A stretch of 63,744 nt of DNA, filler included, from Octopus bimaculoides (Eukaryota), in the NCBI RefSeq assembly GCF_001194135.2. It is 6 parts of 5 records of this genome, joined end to end, with 100 filler letters (N's around TTAATTAATTAA, not from the genome) between each part and the next. Parts side by side here need not be neighbours in the genome. Positions count along the whole stretch, not along the records: positions 1 to 23,685 come from NC_068988.1; 5 more parts are not named here. One strand, written 5' to 3'. Positions 11,823 through 23,785 of this stretch are shown here, one piece after another. Position 1 is the stretch's first letter. Every line of letters begins with the position of its first letter. Under the pieces are notes generated by a model. That model saw only the letters and a program-made list of their open reading frames with translations, was not told where the DNA came from and did no database searches. Both the position numbers and the translations under genes were made by a program.

Positions 11823-12532
11823 NNNNNNNNNNNNNNNNNNNNNNNNNNNNNNNNNNNNNNNNNNNNNNNNNNNNNNNNNNNNNNNNNNNNNNNNNNNNNN
11901 NNNNNNNNNNNNNNNNNNNNNNNNNNNNNNNNNNNNNNNNNNNNNNNNNNNNNNNNNNNNNNNNNNNNNNNNNNNNNNNNNNNNNNNNNNNNNNNNNNNN
12001 NNNNNNNNNNNNNNNNNNNNNNNNNNNNNNNNNNNNNNNNNNNNNNNNNNNNNNNNNNNNNNNNNNNNNNNNNNNNNNNNNNNNNNNNNNNNNNNNNNNN
12101 NNNNNNNNNNNNNNNNNNNNNNNNNNNNNNNNNNNNNNNNNNNNNNNNNNNNNNNNNNNNNNNNNNNNNNNNNNNNNNNNNNNNNNNNNNNNNNNNNNNN
12201 NNNNNNNNNNNNNNNNNNNNNNNNNNNNNNNNNNNNNNNNNNNNNNNNNNNNNNNNNNNNNNNNNNNNNNNNNNNNNNNNNNNNNNNNNNNNNNNNNNNN
12301 NNNNNNNNNNNNNNNNNNNNNNNNNNNNNNNNNNNNNNNNNNNNNNNNNNNNNNNNNNNNNNNNNNNNNNNNNNNNNNNNNNNNNNNNNNNNNNNNTATA
12401 TATATATATATATATATATGTAACGTATGTTTATATTTGGGTAGCATACTGGTAAAGAACGGTCACTTTCTCAGTGATCGTTATGTATATGGCAAATGAA
12501 AGACGGAAGATAGAATATACGTGATCTTATAA

Positions 12533-12634
12533 ATCACGACGTTTCGACACATCTAGCATCGATCTCTCATGGGTGGGACACTCAACAACTGGTTAAGAAT
12601 CATCCGGTAGTACAGCTGTAACTCGTCGGGTGAT
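12533..12634 (-). ncRNA. type I hammerhead motif with extended stem II (U4C core variant)
   Basis: ATCAC-CCGACGA-G..long stem II..C-GAA-ACGT-C-GTGAT; 5-bp stem I, ACGU palindrome, GUC triplet. Confidence 0.6.
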
Positions 12635-13112
12635 AAATAGAATTTCTGAAAGACTCTGGTAATGCCTACACGTATATAAACGCGCAATGCAATGCCAATG
12701 AATTTTGAGTAACCGTTAACATAATTTAATTTACTTTAAAGAATGGCTGACTTAAATTTACTTTTAAGTTCCCCATTCTTACAAACACCAAGTAGATAGT
12801 TAACTCGCTTTGTGATCATGTTGTGCACTAAACTTCTCGTGTGCGTATGGTCACATGTTCGAGGTTGCGTGTATGAGCAAGTGTACTCGCTCCATGCAGC
12901 TTGCCTCAGGGCGTTTATACATCCATATTTGTTAACGGTTATTTTCAATACTTTTCTCACTGTATTGCGTGTTCGTTTTTTCCCTCCCCATCTGTGGTTT
13001 TATTTTTGAGTTTCTATATAAATGAAGATATTTCTACCGTCTGGCTGTTTTTCTTTCAACTAAACGAGAAGGTACGTTACGGAACTGTTCTTTTAACGAG
13101 TTAAATCTATTC

Positions 13113-13215
13113 ATCACCTGACGAGATACATCTGCACCGCCGGATGCTCCTAAACCAGTTGTTGAGTGTGCCAATCATAAGGAATCGATGCTAGATATGT
13201 CGAAACAATTGTGAT
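13113..13215 (+). ncRNA. type I hammerhead motif with extended stem II (stem III mutated)
   Basis: ATCAC-CTGACGA-GATACATCTGCA...TGCTAGATATGTC-GAAACAATT-GTGAT. Confidence 0.55.
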
Positions 13216-13252
13216 TAATAAATTCTCGTATATTCCATCTCCGTCTTTCATT

Positions 13253-13299
<47 letters not shown>

Positions 13300-13934
13300 N
13301 NNNNNNNNNNNNNNNNNNNNNNNNNNNNNNNNNNNNNNNNNNNNNNNNNNNNNNNNNNNNNNNNNNNNNNNNNNNNNNNNNNNNTAGTCGACTGCATCGA
13401 TGTTGTATGTATGTATGTATGTATGTATGTATGTATGTATGTATGTATGTATGTATGTTAATGTATATTCAATATTTGTAAGCGTCTATATCAAATGAAA
13501 AGGCTTGAAATATTTCTTTGTCTGTATGTTCGTATATCTACACATACGCACCCACATATATACAGATAGTCGTGAATAATGTTTGTACACACACATACAT
13601 ATATACACACACATACATAGGAGCATAAGCATATATATACATATATGTATGCTTATACACACACATATATGTTTGCATGAACACACATACACGCAAACAC
13701 CAGCACACATATACGCATACGTATAAGACGTAATTGTTCAAGTATATTTAAGTAGCATTTCTTTCTCTGCACAAGATCTCTGATACTCTATTAGTCTCTC
13801 AGTTTGAGTATCCTCAGCTATCACTCTCTCTCTCTCTCTCTCCTTCATGCTGTGTTTATTTCCAGCTCTTTATCTATCTCTCACTTTTCTGATTAATCTC
13901 TCTTTCTGTATCTCCTTTTCCCCACTCCCTCTTA

Positions 13935-13967
<33 letters not shown>

Positions 13968-15625
13968 AATCCCCTCTCTCTCTCTCTCTCTATTCACTTT
14001 TGCACTCTCTAACTGTATTCTGTATCGATTCAACTCTTCCTTCCTTCTCTTTCATATGATGTCTGTGTGCATGTCCAGTCCACATCTAATCTTTATGAAA
14101 TGCCATTCTTCAATGAAATATGTCCAATTACAATAGATATCGAAATACTTAAGACAAAACCATTCCAGGCTTGCCTAGGTAGCTCTAATTATTCTAATTT
14201 ACCACTTGAAATTTCATCTGCTCTCCAGAAATTTCTGTTGAGAAAGAATCCAATACTACATTACCAAACGTCACCATCACGCCACAGTTTGCTAATGTTA
14301 TAGCTGTTTATAGATCTATGAGGATAACTATTTGTCTGTCTGTGATTACAGAGACACAAGCACACACATATATATATGTATGAGAGAGTGGCGCAAGCTT
14401 ACAGCAATTCGAGCTAAAAGTTAAATGCCCAGGCGTAACTATCACCTTCAATACAGTTAAGCATCGTAACTAAATGAATATTATACACATACTTACAAAA
14501 GGAAAACATTGATAAAATACCAGATATTATTATAACACATCGGGAAAAAGTGGATATTAAAAAAAACAGTAAAATATTTTGCCTAAATTAAAGCAGCAAA
14601 AATACATATAGAGAAAATACCTCAACAAAACTAGAATTGATACAGCAATTGTTTCACTCAATATAATGCCTAGGTAAGCTTTAATTGTATAAAAATGTCG
14701 ACAGTATTATATGCAAACTTTGAGGGACCGGTTCGCATATCACCTCATATTTTCACGAATAAAGAAATCTCTGTAGAAAATGTTAGCAAAATGTGCGGGA
14801 ACAAAAGCTCTTTATATTAGTATAAGTGAGGGCAGCTTTGAAGCACGTTATCTGAATTACAGATCGGTCTTGCATGAATGACATCAACACTGCTAGCTAC
14901 CATGGAGCTCAGAAGTACTTCATAATAACAAGTTCAACACATCTTTTAGTAGAGCTGGGGCAGAAATAACTGAAGTACTGACATAAAAATAAGAGCTATG
15001 TAACATACGACCAGCAAACCAACAAGACCAAATTAAGTTACGGAAATTGACTACACTTTGTCCTCTACTTTTGGGGGCTGAGGAAGAAAGTTTAAGTACT
15101 GGAAATATTTCTTTGCAGCAGCTAAGAGAGAAGAGAATCCTGAACATGTTTCATAATGTTTTTTTACTCGTTAGGAAAAGCAACCATACCATAATAACAT
15201 TTCTTCTACTACTGTTACTGCTTTCAATTATTCGGCTGCAGTCAAACCGTTGTACCACTTTCAAATGATTTTGTTCATTACATCAACTACAGTACTGTGT
15301 TATTTCTTTCTTCGGTTTCACAGGGCACGAAACGCAAAGCTGATAACTGCATAATGGGGGTGTATATTTCTATCAGAGATAGAACCTANNNNNNNNNNNN
15401 NNNNNNNNNNNNNNNNNNNNNNNNNNNNNNNNNNNNNNNNNNNNNNNNNNNNNNNNNNNNNNNNNNNNNNNNNNNNNNNNNNNNNNNNNNNNNNNNNNNN
15501 NNNNNNNNNNNNNNNNNNNNNNNNNNNNNNNNNNNNNNNNNNNNNNNNNNNNNNNNNNNNNNNNNNNNNNNNNNNNNNNNNNNNNNNNNNNNNNNNNNNN
15601 NNNNNNNNTATATATATATATACAT

Positions 15626-15674
<49 letters not shown>

Positions 15675-15706
15675 CAGAGAGAGAGAGAGAGAAAGAGAGA
15701 GGGAGG

Positions 15707-15756
<50 letters not shown>

Positions 15757-17249
15757 GACAAAGAGAGAGAGCTAGATAGATAATGAACACAAACACACAC
15801 ACATATATATATATAAATATTTATTTATTCGTTCGAGAGAATATAAATAAAAAGAGATCAACAATCAAAATTTTATAGAATATATTTACATGAGTTGTTA
15901 CATAATTGTATGGTATAATTATATCTTAACAGCTCTTTCGTCTACCAAGTGAATTGCGGACATCATTATGCATACATGTAGTTTCATAATATATAAAATA
16001 ATATTCACAATTCAAAGGAATAGCTGTAAATATGTGATAATATCGTGCAAGATTATGTAACAACTCACTCGAATATATTCCGAAGACCTAAGCTTGATTT
16101 TCATCTTTCTTTATATGTACATGCATATAGATGCATGCATATATATTTATGTCTATGTGAGTGTGTCCACGTGCGCGCATGTGTGTGCATGAATGCGTGT
16201 GTGTGTTGCTGTGCGTGAGTTCAATGAGGTTCCACGCAGTTATTACCTACGAAATCTTGCTCAAATGATAGCAGCTAGTCATGATGAGGCGCACTGCACT
16301 CAAACGTGGATGCGAAGCGAAATCCCCCAATAGATAGCCATACCTGCCATCTATCCAGCAACTGGTTTGTTCCCTCGTCCGCTTAAAGCTCTAAAAATAG
16401 GAGAGTAGAACCACCTCTTGGTTATTTGCGAATCTGAAAATGTGTATCTTACTGCTTAGAACCTATTGTGAAATGAGTGCTTGAATATATAAGGGAAAGC
16501 TTTGAAATGAAAATTTCAATAGTGGATTACGAATGCTGAAAGATGGAATCTCCTTATAGAAATTGCGAAACTAATAGTAATCATCATTCCTGCAACAACT
16601 TTGTTTTCCTACACGTATTCCGCAGTTGCTTTTAGTACAGAGCAAGTGTATGTGCGTTTACGTGTCTTTTTGTAGACACATAGCCATATGCATATGTGTG
16701 TAAATGTATTTGCATATATGTGATAACAGGTGTGTATAAATTGTGTATATATGCACGTATATGTGCGTAGGTGTATTTCGCGTGTTCACTATTCTGTGCT
16801 TCTGCGTTCGATCTTTTCATTTTATACAATTAACCAACTTCTCAAAAAACTTATTTCCTCATCTTGTTTTTGATGATGAGTGAATAAATATGTCCGCTTG
16901 ACATCTCGTAAAAGTAAGGCGCGCCAAACGAGACGTAGTGGGGGTGGAAGTGGTGGTGGTGGCGGTGATGGTAATCGTGAGTATGATGCTGTTGATTTTA
17001 AGTAAAATAAAAGAGAGTGAACAGTAGTCAAGTAAAGAAAATGAACAAAAGTAAAACAAAGATGAGCAGAGGAAGCAGTGTGACATATGGTACCATTTAT
17101 CATTGATTCATTCCTCTAATTTAGTTCTTTAAATTAAATGTGACAAACATACAGTTCTCTGAAAGCGATCTTTTAAAGTATAGTTGATTCTACTGCGTCT
17201 CGAAAATCGTTTTTGCAGACGTTTTAATGGTTTAATTTAGCTTAAGATT

Positions 17250-17463
17250 AAGACGGCGAACCGGCAGAAAGGTTAGCACGCCGGGCGAAATGCTTAGTGG
17301 TATTTCGTCTGTCTTTACGTTCTGAGTTCAAATTACGCCGAGGTCGACTTTGCCTTTCATCCTTTTGGGGTCGATAAATTAAGCACCAGTTACGTGCTGG
17401 GATCGATTTAATCGACTGGTCCCCTCCCCCAAAATGTCGGGTCTTGTGCCTAGAATAGAAGAG
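17250..17463 (+). mobile_element. tRNA-derived SINE, family B (full length, with TSD)
   Basis: GGCGAACCGGCAGAAAGGTTAGCACGCCGGGCG...GAGTTCAAATT...GAGGTCGACTTTGCCTTTCATCC; 16-bp TSD AATTTAG(C/T)TTAAGATT at 17234-17249 and 17464-17479. Confidence 0.92.
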
Positions 17464-18189
17464 AATTTAGTTTAAGATTTGGTTGGTTGAATGTGGGTTT
17501 GGTTTGTCTTTTTTTCTGATTATACAATTGTATTTAGTTACAATTGTATTTTAGTTACAATTGTATATTTAGTTACGTCGTTTTGCATTCGGAGTTCTAA
17601 TCCTGCCAAGACCGACTTCATCGTTTATTCTTTTAAGTCAAATACATGAAACAGATTGAGTCGACTATAATTTCCCTTGAAATATGTTACCGTACGCCTA
17701 TGTTAGCAATAATAATTTGATGATGATAAAAGGAGAAATGGAAAAGAGAATCAGTCGAACACGAAACAAAATACCTTGTACCTTGTAACATATTAATTTC
17801 AAAACGAGTTTTGGAAAAGGAAAACAAAAGAAGCTCTAAAAGAAAAGGGGAGTTTCAAAAAATTAGGAATTAATCTGTCAAACGTTGTTGAAATGTTTAG
17901 GAGAAAGTGTGACTTTGTAGGGACGTGAGGACTGTAAGTATATTTCTGTCTATCAAAACTTATTACCTTAGCACAGTGCAACAAATCGTCCTTGGCAGTT
18001 GACAAATATTATCACCGTATATAGTTACGGCCTTCTTTGCTATGTATCCAGTATTTAATTTTCGGCGATTTGTACTGTCTCCGTCAGTCTTTGAAGATAT
18101 TCATTTCTTGTACTTATTTTCTTCCTCTACCTCCTTTTTCTTCTTCTCTCGACTCTTCATCGTCATTATTCTCATTTTCTTTATCGTAT

Positions 18190-18470
18190 GCTTCTTTTAC
18201 TTCTTCGACATCACCATGATGATGATCATCATTATCTTCATCATCAGTTTTATCATCATCTTTATCTTCATCATCACCATTTTCCTCACCATTGTCATCA
18301 TCCTCATCATTATCATCATCATCATCATCATCATCTTCATCATCCCCATCAACACTACTACAACGACCCCCTACCACTACCACTGCCACTGCCACTGCCG
18401 CTTTCATTTCACTAACTTTATCGCTCCACCATCACCACTATCATCTTCATCATCAACACCATTATTACTA
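18190..18470. repeat. degenerate (CAT)n/(CAC)n trinucleotide tract
   Basis: Direct reading. Confidence 0.9.
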
Positions 18471-18649
18471 ATATTTCATTTCATCTCAGAAAATCCCCAT
18501 GTTATATGTAAATTTTTTTTTTTTTTAATGTCATTTAGCTTCCTGATGGTTATTCATAAGGAGACCAATTTGATGGTGTTTTGAACTCATGAAATCGCGC
18601 CTTTTTGTCTTTGTGTTTTTATTGCCTCGTACTTCATCAACACACCGTT

Positions 18650-20460
18650 CAACAGTAAAATATTTTACTGTTGTTTTTGTCTCCTTTTGTTTGTTTTGAG
18701 GTTTTTACTCTGTGTGTTGTATTTGTTTTCTTGTTGTTTTTGTTGTTATGTTTGCATATTTATCTTTTGCTATGTTATTTTTTATGTTTATTTATATTTC
18801 ATGTAACCTCGTTTGCACTTGTGAGATTATTCCTTTAGCGGTTAATGTTGTTGTTGTTTTTTTTTTTGTCTTTGTGGCTTTAATTTTACTTCTTCTTGTG
18901 CTGATGGTATGTGGATGGTCGAATGTCTCATCAAACATTTCGGCCTTCACAGTTGTGTAACTATTGTTGATTTACACCTTCCGCTTCTTGACACCCGACA
19001 CGGATTTTTATCATCTTCCTCTCTTTTTGTCGCTTGACGAAATATTTGGGAAAGAGACAAGTTGAAAATGGAGATGGACAGCGGTATATCCATATACGTG
19101 CCTGTATCAAATTCCTCAACGTCGACATAATTTGTGACTACGTTGTCTGATTTGTATGTGTTCATTTCCTCCCGAGGATGGGGATCTTTTTTATGCATTT
19201 TGGACGGTGGTGATGATATGTACCCCTGGTCCTTTGCAGTGTACCCGCTGTATCCGAGTAGTTGCTGCAGTTGGAGTTGTTGTTGATGCTGATTGAGAGG
19301 ACACTATTTCCACTGTGAGAGATATTATATTTTTCTGTGTTATGGATGCTAGCGCCATATAAAACGTACACTCTTGTTCACCGCAGTGCAAATGCCGTCA
19401 AGTAGGGTCCGCGGCCACACTTGTAACATTTTGGCCACCCAGCGCCCTGCATAACGTGAAACTGCATCCCGCTTTTGAAGCAGACTGAGTCAGAGATCTT
19501 CACCACTTCGCCACAGGCGTTGTCGGGATTAGTCTCGGCAAGCTTGCTTTAAACGTAGATCTGGAATTGTCCATCTCACCATACATCTCCATCGCTATTA
19601 CGATTTATTCCATAGACGTTCGTTGCCCCATTAGAAAGAGAATGGATTGTAATTGGGGAAATTTCCACGCTTTCTCTTCATTGTGGAACAGATACTTCAT
19701 TTTACCGTGGTATCTACCTCTTGAGAGTATCTTATCAGTTTGCGTTGTCGTAAAGTGCTGCACTGTTCGGATCATCATCAATACACACGTGATCTTTTCT
19801 TTCACCTATTTACTTAGCTCCTATTCTTTGAAAGGATATCGAACACATACCCATGATATTCGTCCTGCACTTCTCCTAGTGTTGCAAAAGTGTTCATTCC
19901 AAGAACCTATTATTTGAGGGACGATTGATAGTTTTTCTTGTTATTCGCTTTCTTTGGTGCTGGTACTATTTGGAGGCGCGAGTGTTGAGTTGGTTGTGTT
20001 GGTGATCGGAGTAATTTTAGTCTTTCCGCAGCTGGAGCTATCACTTCTGAAAAATAAGAAATTACTGCTATTTAATTTTTTGCACTGCCATCGTTGTTGT
20101 CGCCATCTTCAACATATTTTTCACAGTTGCTGCTGAATAACAGTAATGGTGCAGGAATTGGTGATCATAACGTCACCACTACTGCCAAAGTCTGTTGGAG
20201 TGAGAGAAAGAAGTTGCAAGCTTTTTCTCATTCTCGTTTCACTGAAAGTATGGAGTTGAATTTCTTTCTCCCACTTCTCTAAAATTTTCTTCTTTCATGC
20301 ACGGAAAAAAAAATCTGTCATGTTAAATTTTTTTAATGTGTATTTTTGAGAATTGAAAATCGAAAACTTAGTACGAATAAGTGGGAGGAAAATTAACCTA
20401 CCAGTGATGCGCGTCGCAGTTCAGCTCTGCTATAAGACAGAAAATATCTGCGAAAAATAT
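18650..20460 (-). mobile_element. Tx1/L1-like ORF1 relic with no visible ORF2
   Basis: Minus-strand translation across stops: ...KILSRGRYHGKMKYLFHNEEKAWKF...FLMGQRTS... then QGAGWPKCYKCGR (frameshifted CCHC knuckle), colinear with ORF1 at 3200-4399; an A-rich non-coding stretch follows. Confidence 0.65.
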
Positions 20461-20699
20461 TACTTTCAATTTATGTGAACATTGCTTTAAATAATAAATA
20501 GTAATATATGTTAACATAGCTTTAACTAAGCAATCTTGACATATATAGCGATTTTACAGATTGATAAAAATGAAAATCTGAAGCTTGTCCAATAACGATG
20601 ATGATAACGATGTTGATGATAATGATGATTTATATTACTTACCACGGAGTTATCAGATGAGGGGGTACATCGCAAGAGAAGCTGACATATTCCGTATGG

Positions 20700-21620
20700 A
20701 TTTACATGAAAAGATGAGACAGGGGAAAGGGAGAGGAAGGGGAAATGCGATAAAAAGTGTACATAGTTTACAAAATTTATGCAAAATCAATTCCAGCAGA
20801 ACTGGCTTTTTCAAAATAACCAAAATAGGCAATTTGAGAAATTGGAAATACTAGAAAGAATCGTCATGTTCCAACAGCTAAAGAGACAGACGAATTTTGG
20901 TCGGGTACCTAGAACAATGGTAAGTAGCTTGCTTACCAACCACATGGTTCCGGGTTCATTCCCACTGCGTGGCACCTTGGACAAGTGTCTTCTACTTTAG
21001 CTTCGGGCCGACCAAAGCCTTGTGAGTGGATTTGGTAGACGGAAACTGAAAGACGCCCGTCGTATATATATATGCATGTATGTGTGTGTATATGTTTGTG
21101 TGTCTGTGTTTATCCCCCCCAACATCGCTTGAAAACCGATGGTGGTATGTTTACGTCCGCATAACTTAGTGGTTCGGCAAAAGAGACCGATAGAATAAGT
21201 ACTAGGCTTCCAAAGAATAAGTCCTGAGGTCGATTTGCTCGACTAAAGGCGGTGCTCCAGCATGGCCGCAGTCAAAATGATTGAAACAAGTAAAAGAGTA
21301 AAAGAGTATGTAGATTGGATTTTGAAGGTGGAAAGAAGTGCATAAACTGAGTATAGAAATATACATGCTCCGAAAATAAGCAGAAAAACTTTGGTTGGAA
21401 ATCACTAGGAACAGACGAAGTACAGAGTTAATGGATTAAAAATTTGAAGTCACTACACCAGATAATGGCAATGTTTAGCGAAGGTTTGGACTCTAATTAT
21501 GTCCCTATCAGACTAACTAAAGAAGCAATACTTGCTAAGGTTATCTCTACAGATTTTCTATGAAATTATAACCAGCAATGTCTGAGACACCTGATGTAAA
21601 TAGACAGTGCGATCGGATAT
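20700..21620 (+). mobile_element. R4/Dong-like non-LTR retrotransposon internal fragment, split by a SINE
   Basis: QQNWLFQNNQ...(H)VPTAKETDEFW before the SINE; DWILKVE...NFGWKSLGTDEVQS*WIKNLKSLHQ...VPIRLTK after it (R4/Dong-type NWKxPGxDxxxxxWxKxLxSLH). Confidence 0.7.
20918..21307 (+). mobile_element. family A SINE (5' few bases truncated) nested in LINE
   Basis: High similarity to 7519-7945; CpGs retained. Confidence 0.92.
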
Positions 21621-21734
21621 GAAAAATGAGTAATGGGCGTTTATGACATATTTCAGGAGTTTCTGCTCTTTCATCAGCACCCACTCAACCCATTAATTAT
21701 CCACGAACATTTTACTTAAATAGCCACTAAATAT

Positions 21735-21942
21735 CCTTTCTATTACAAGGCCTGAAGTTTTGTGGAAGGGAACTATTCGATTACATCGACCCCAGAATTT
21801 CACTGGTACTTAATTTAGCATCCCCGAAAAGATGAAAGGCAAAGTTGATTTCGGCGAAATTTGAACTCAGAACGTAACGACGAGCGAAATACCGCTAAGC
21901 ATTTCGTCCAGTGTGCTAACGACTCTGCCAGTTCGCCGCCTT
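21735..21942 (-). mobile_element. family B SINE with TSD
   Basis: Reverse complement of family B; TSD AA(T/C)AG(C/T)CACTAAATAT at 21719-21734 and 21943-21958. Confidence 0.9.
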
Positions 21943-22026
21943 AACAGTCACTAAATATAGCAGTATAACATTATTGGATATCCCAGTTTTACATATTAAA
22001 CATTCCTGGAAACTGGTACATAAATG

Positions 22027-22379
22027 TTAATGACTTGTAGGGACACCGTATTTCGTTATGCAATATATTACAATATGCTACAAAATAGATTAAACTATAT
22101 CAACTATGTTAGCAGTGCTATTACATATGTCATATACGCCCATTACCCATTTTTCATCTTCGATCTCATTGTTTACATCTGACGTCTCGGATACGAAACG
22201 TCGTAACAAATTCGGTGCTGGTTGTAATTTCTATAGAAAATCTGTCGAGATGACCTTAACGAGTGATGTGATAGCATTGCTAACACAGTTAGACACAGTA
22301 TTGACATATAAAGCGTTTAATATACTTTGTAGCATATTATGACTGCATAACGAAATACTAAGTCACAACAAGTCATTAA
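22027..22379. mobile_element. foldback/MITE-like element with 100-115-bp inverted arms
   Basis: TTAATGACTTGT...GTATTTCGTTATGCA...AATATGCTACAAA (22027-22126) mirrors 22266-22379; both ends are TTAA. Confidence 0.85.
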
Positions 22380-22718
22380 TAAAGAAATGATAATACTTAA
22401 AATGAAAGACAAAACCAACAAATATGATGAAGTATCTAACTATAAACAATCACCTGTATTCTATGAAATATGGTAATTACTGATTAGCATAATCAGCAAA
22501 GAAACCTATCATTTGAATACCAACAAGCAGCAATGTGTGCGCGTGTGCGAGTGCGTGTCTGTGTATGTATGAGTGCGAACGCACACGCGCGGTTTGGAGA
22601 GAATGGTATTCGCTAACTTCTCGAAAAAAGAAAACAATACCTATGAATCTATGCGTCCATATAATTTCTGTTATAGAGTGCTATTAAAGCGCAAGTAAAA
22701 TATTCAGAAATAAAGATA

Positions 22719-22914
22719 GTCGCAGGCATGGCTGTGTGGTAAGAAGCTTGCTTCACAACCACATGGTCCCAGGTTCAGTCCCACTGCACGGTAACATGAG
22801 TGTCTTCTACTATAGCCTCGGACCTACCAAAGCCTTGTCAGTGGATTTGGTAGGCGGAAAGGAAACTGAAAGAAGCCCGTCATATATATATGTATATATG
22901 CACACACACACACA

Positions 22915-22950
<36 letters not shown>

Positions 22951-23122
22951 ATTGTGTTGGCTTCTTTACGTCCCCGTAATTTATCGTTTCGGCAAAAAAA
23001 GGCGATAGATTAAGTACGAGGTTCAAAAAATAATTACTCGATTCATTCAACGAAAAGTTTTCTTCAAGGCGGTGCTCCAGCATGACCGCAGTTTAATTAC
23101 TGAAACAGATAAAAGATAAAAA
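22719..23122 (+). mobile_element. family A SINE variant
   Basis: GCAGGCATGGCTGTGTGGTAAGAAGCTTGC...GGTTCAGTCCCACTGC...CTGAAACAGATAAAAGA. Confidence 0.88.
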
Positions 23123-23407
23123 CAAGTTCTTCGAGATGATATATTTATTCAAAATAATCATGGCTCTATTGCGAAGTTTGCCAATAATTGAGTACTTGAA
23201 CTGGGTAGACTTCTAGTTATGACTAAAATTGACAGATCTGTTTTTCTCTGTAGGTATGAGTTAAATGCCCAATATGTTCCAGGAAGATTACTTGAACATT
23301 ATCCAATAACGAAATATTGGGTAAAAATGGAAAGAAAAAAACATTGAAAACCTTCAGAACGTTATGAAGTCGCATCTGTTCACAGTAACATTAAATAACC
23401 ACGCTGA

Positions 23408-23685
23408 TTATTATTATTATTATTATTATTCAGTAGTTTTATTTTTATAACGTGCTTTCACTTCACTACCGAGCGCAGCTCTGTGCGCCTTGGGTATGTG
23501 CTGTGGTTTGCTGTGGTGCTCTTATGTTTACTGTATTGAAAGTGTTTTGCGTAGAATGTGTGCAGTACCCAGTAGTGCAATTTTCTGTATGTTATATATA
23601 TTTGTAAGTCCTGGTGTTTTTGTTATGTATTTGTCTGAATATTTTTTTATTATACCTAAGGCACCTACTATGATAGGAATTGTTT
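23408..23685 (-). mobile_element. R4/Dong-like LINE 3' end with (AAT)n tail, truncated by contig end
   Basis: Uninterrupted frame 23683-23528: TIPIIVGALGIIKKYSDKYITKTPGLTNIYNIQKIALLGTAHILRKTLSIQ*, the typical R4/Dong C-terminus (P-x-x-VGALG...QK-x-x-LLGTAHILRK); short 3'UTR and (AAT)n tail. Confidence 0.88.
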
Positions 23686-23785
23686 NNNNNNNNNNNNNNN
23701 NNNNNNNNNNNNNNNNNNNNNNNNNNNNNTTAATTAATTAANNNNNNNNNNNNNNNNNNNNNNNNNNNNNNNNNNNNNNNNNNNN
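23686..23785. other. artificial assembly linker (44 N + TTAATTAATTAA + 44 N)
   Basis: Exactly 100 bp; the 12-mer gives stops in all six frames; repeated five times in the window. Confidence 0.95.

Larger units (their letters stand above)
12486..13260. mobile_element. foldback element, about 165-bp outer inverted arms plus inner inverted block, with hammerhead motifs
   Basis: ATATGGCAAATGAAAGACGGA...(12487) mirrors ...TCCGTCTTTCATTTGCCATAT (13260); inner IR TAACCGTTAACA (about 12710-12721) versus TGTTAACGGTTA (about 12930-12941). Confidence 0.88.

Noticed and set aside
14870-15270. Higher-complexity stretch with 73-75 aa ORFs on both strands
   Set aside because: No recognisable motif or splice pattern.
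17521-17577. Three tandem copies of TACAATTGTAT(A)TTTAGT
   Set aside because: Short local slippage duplication with no further structure.
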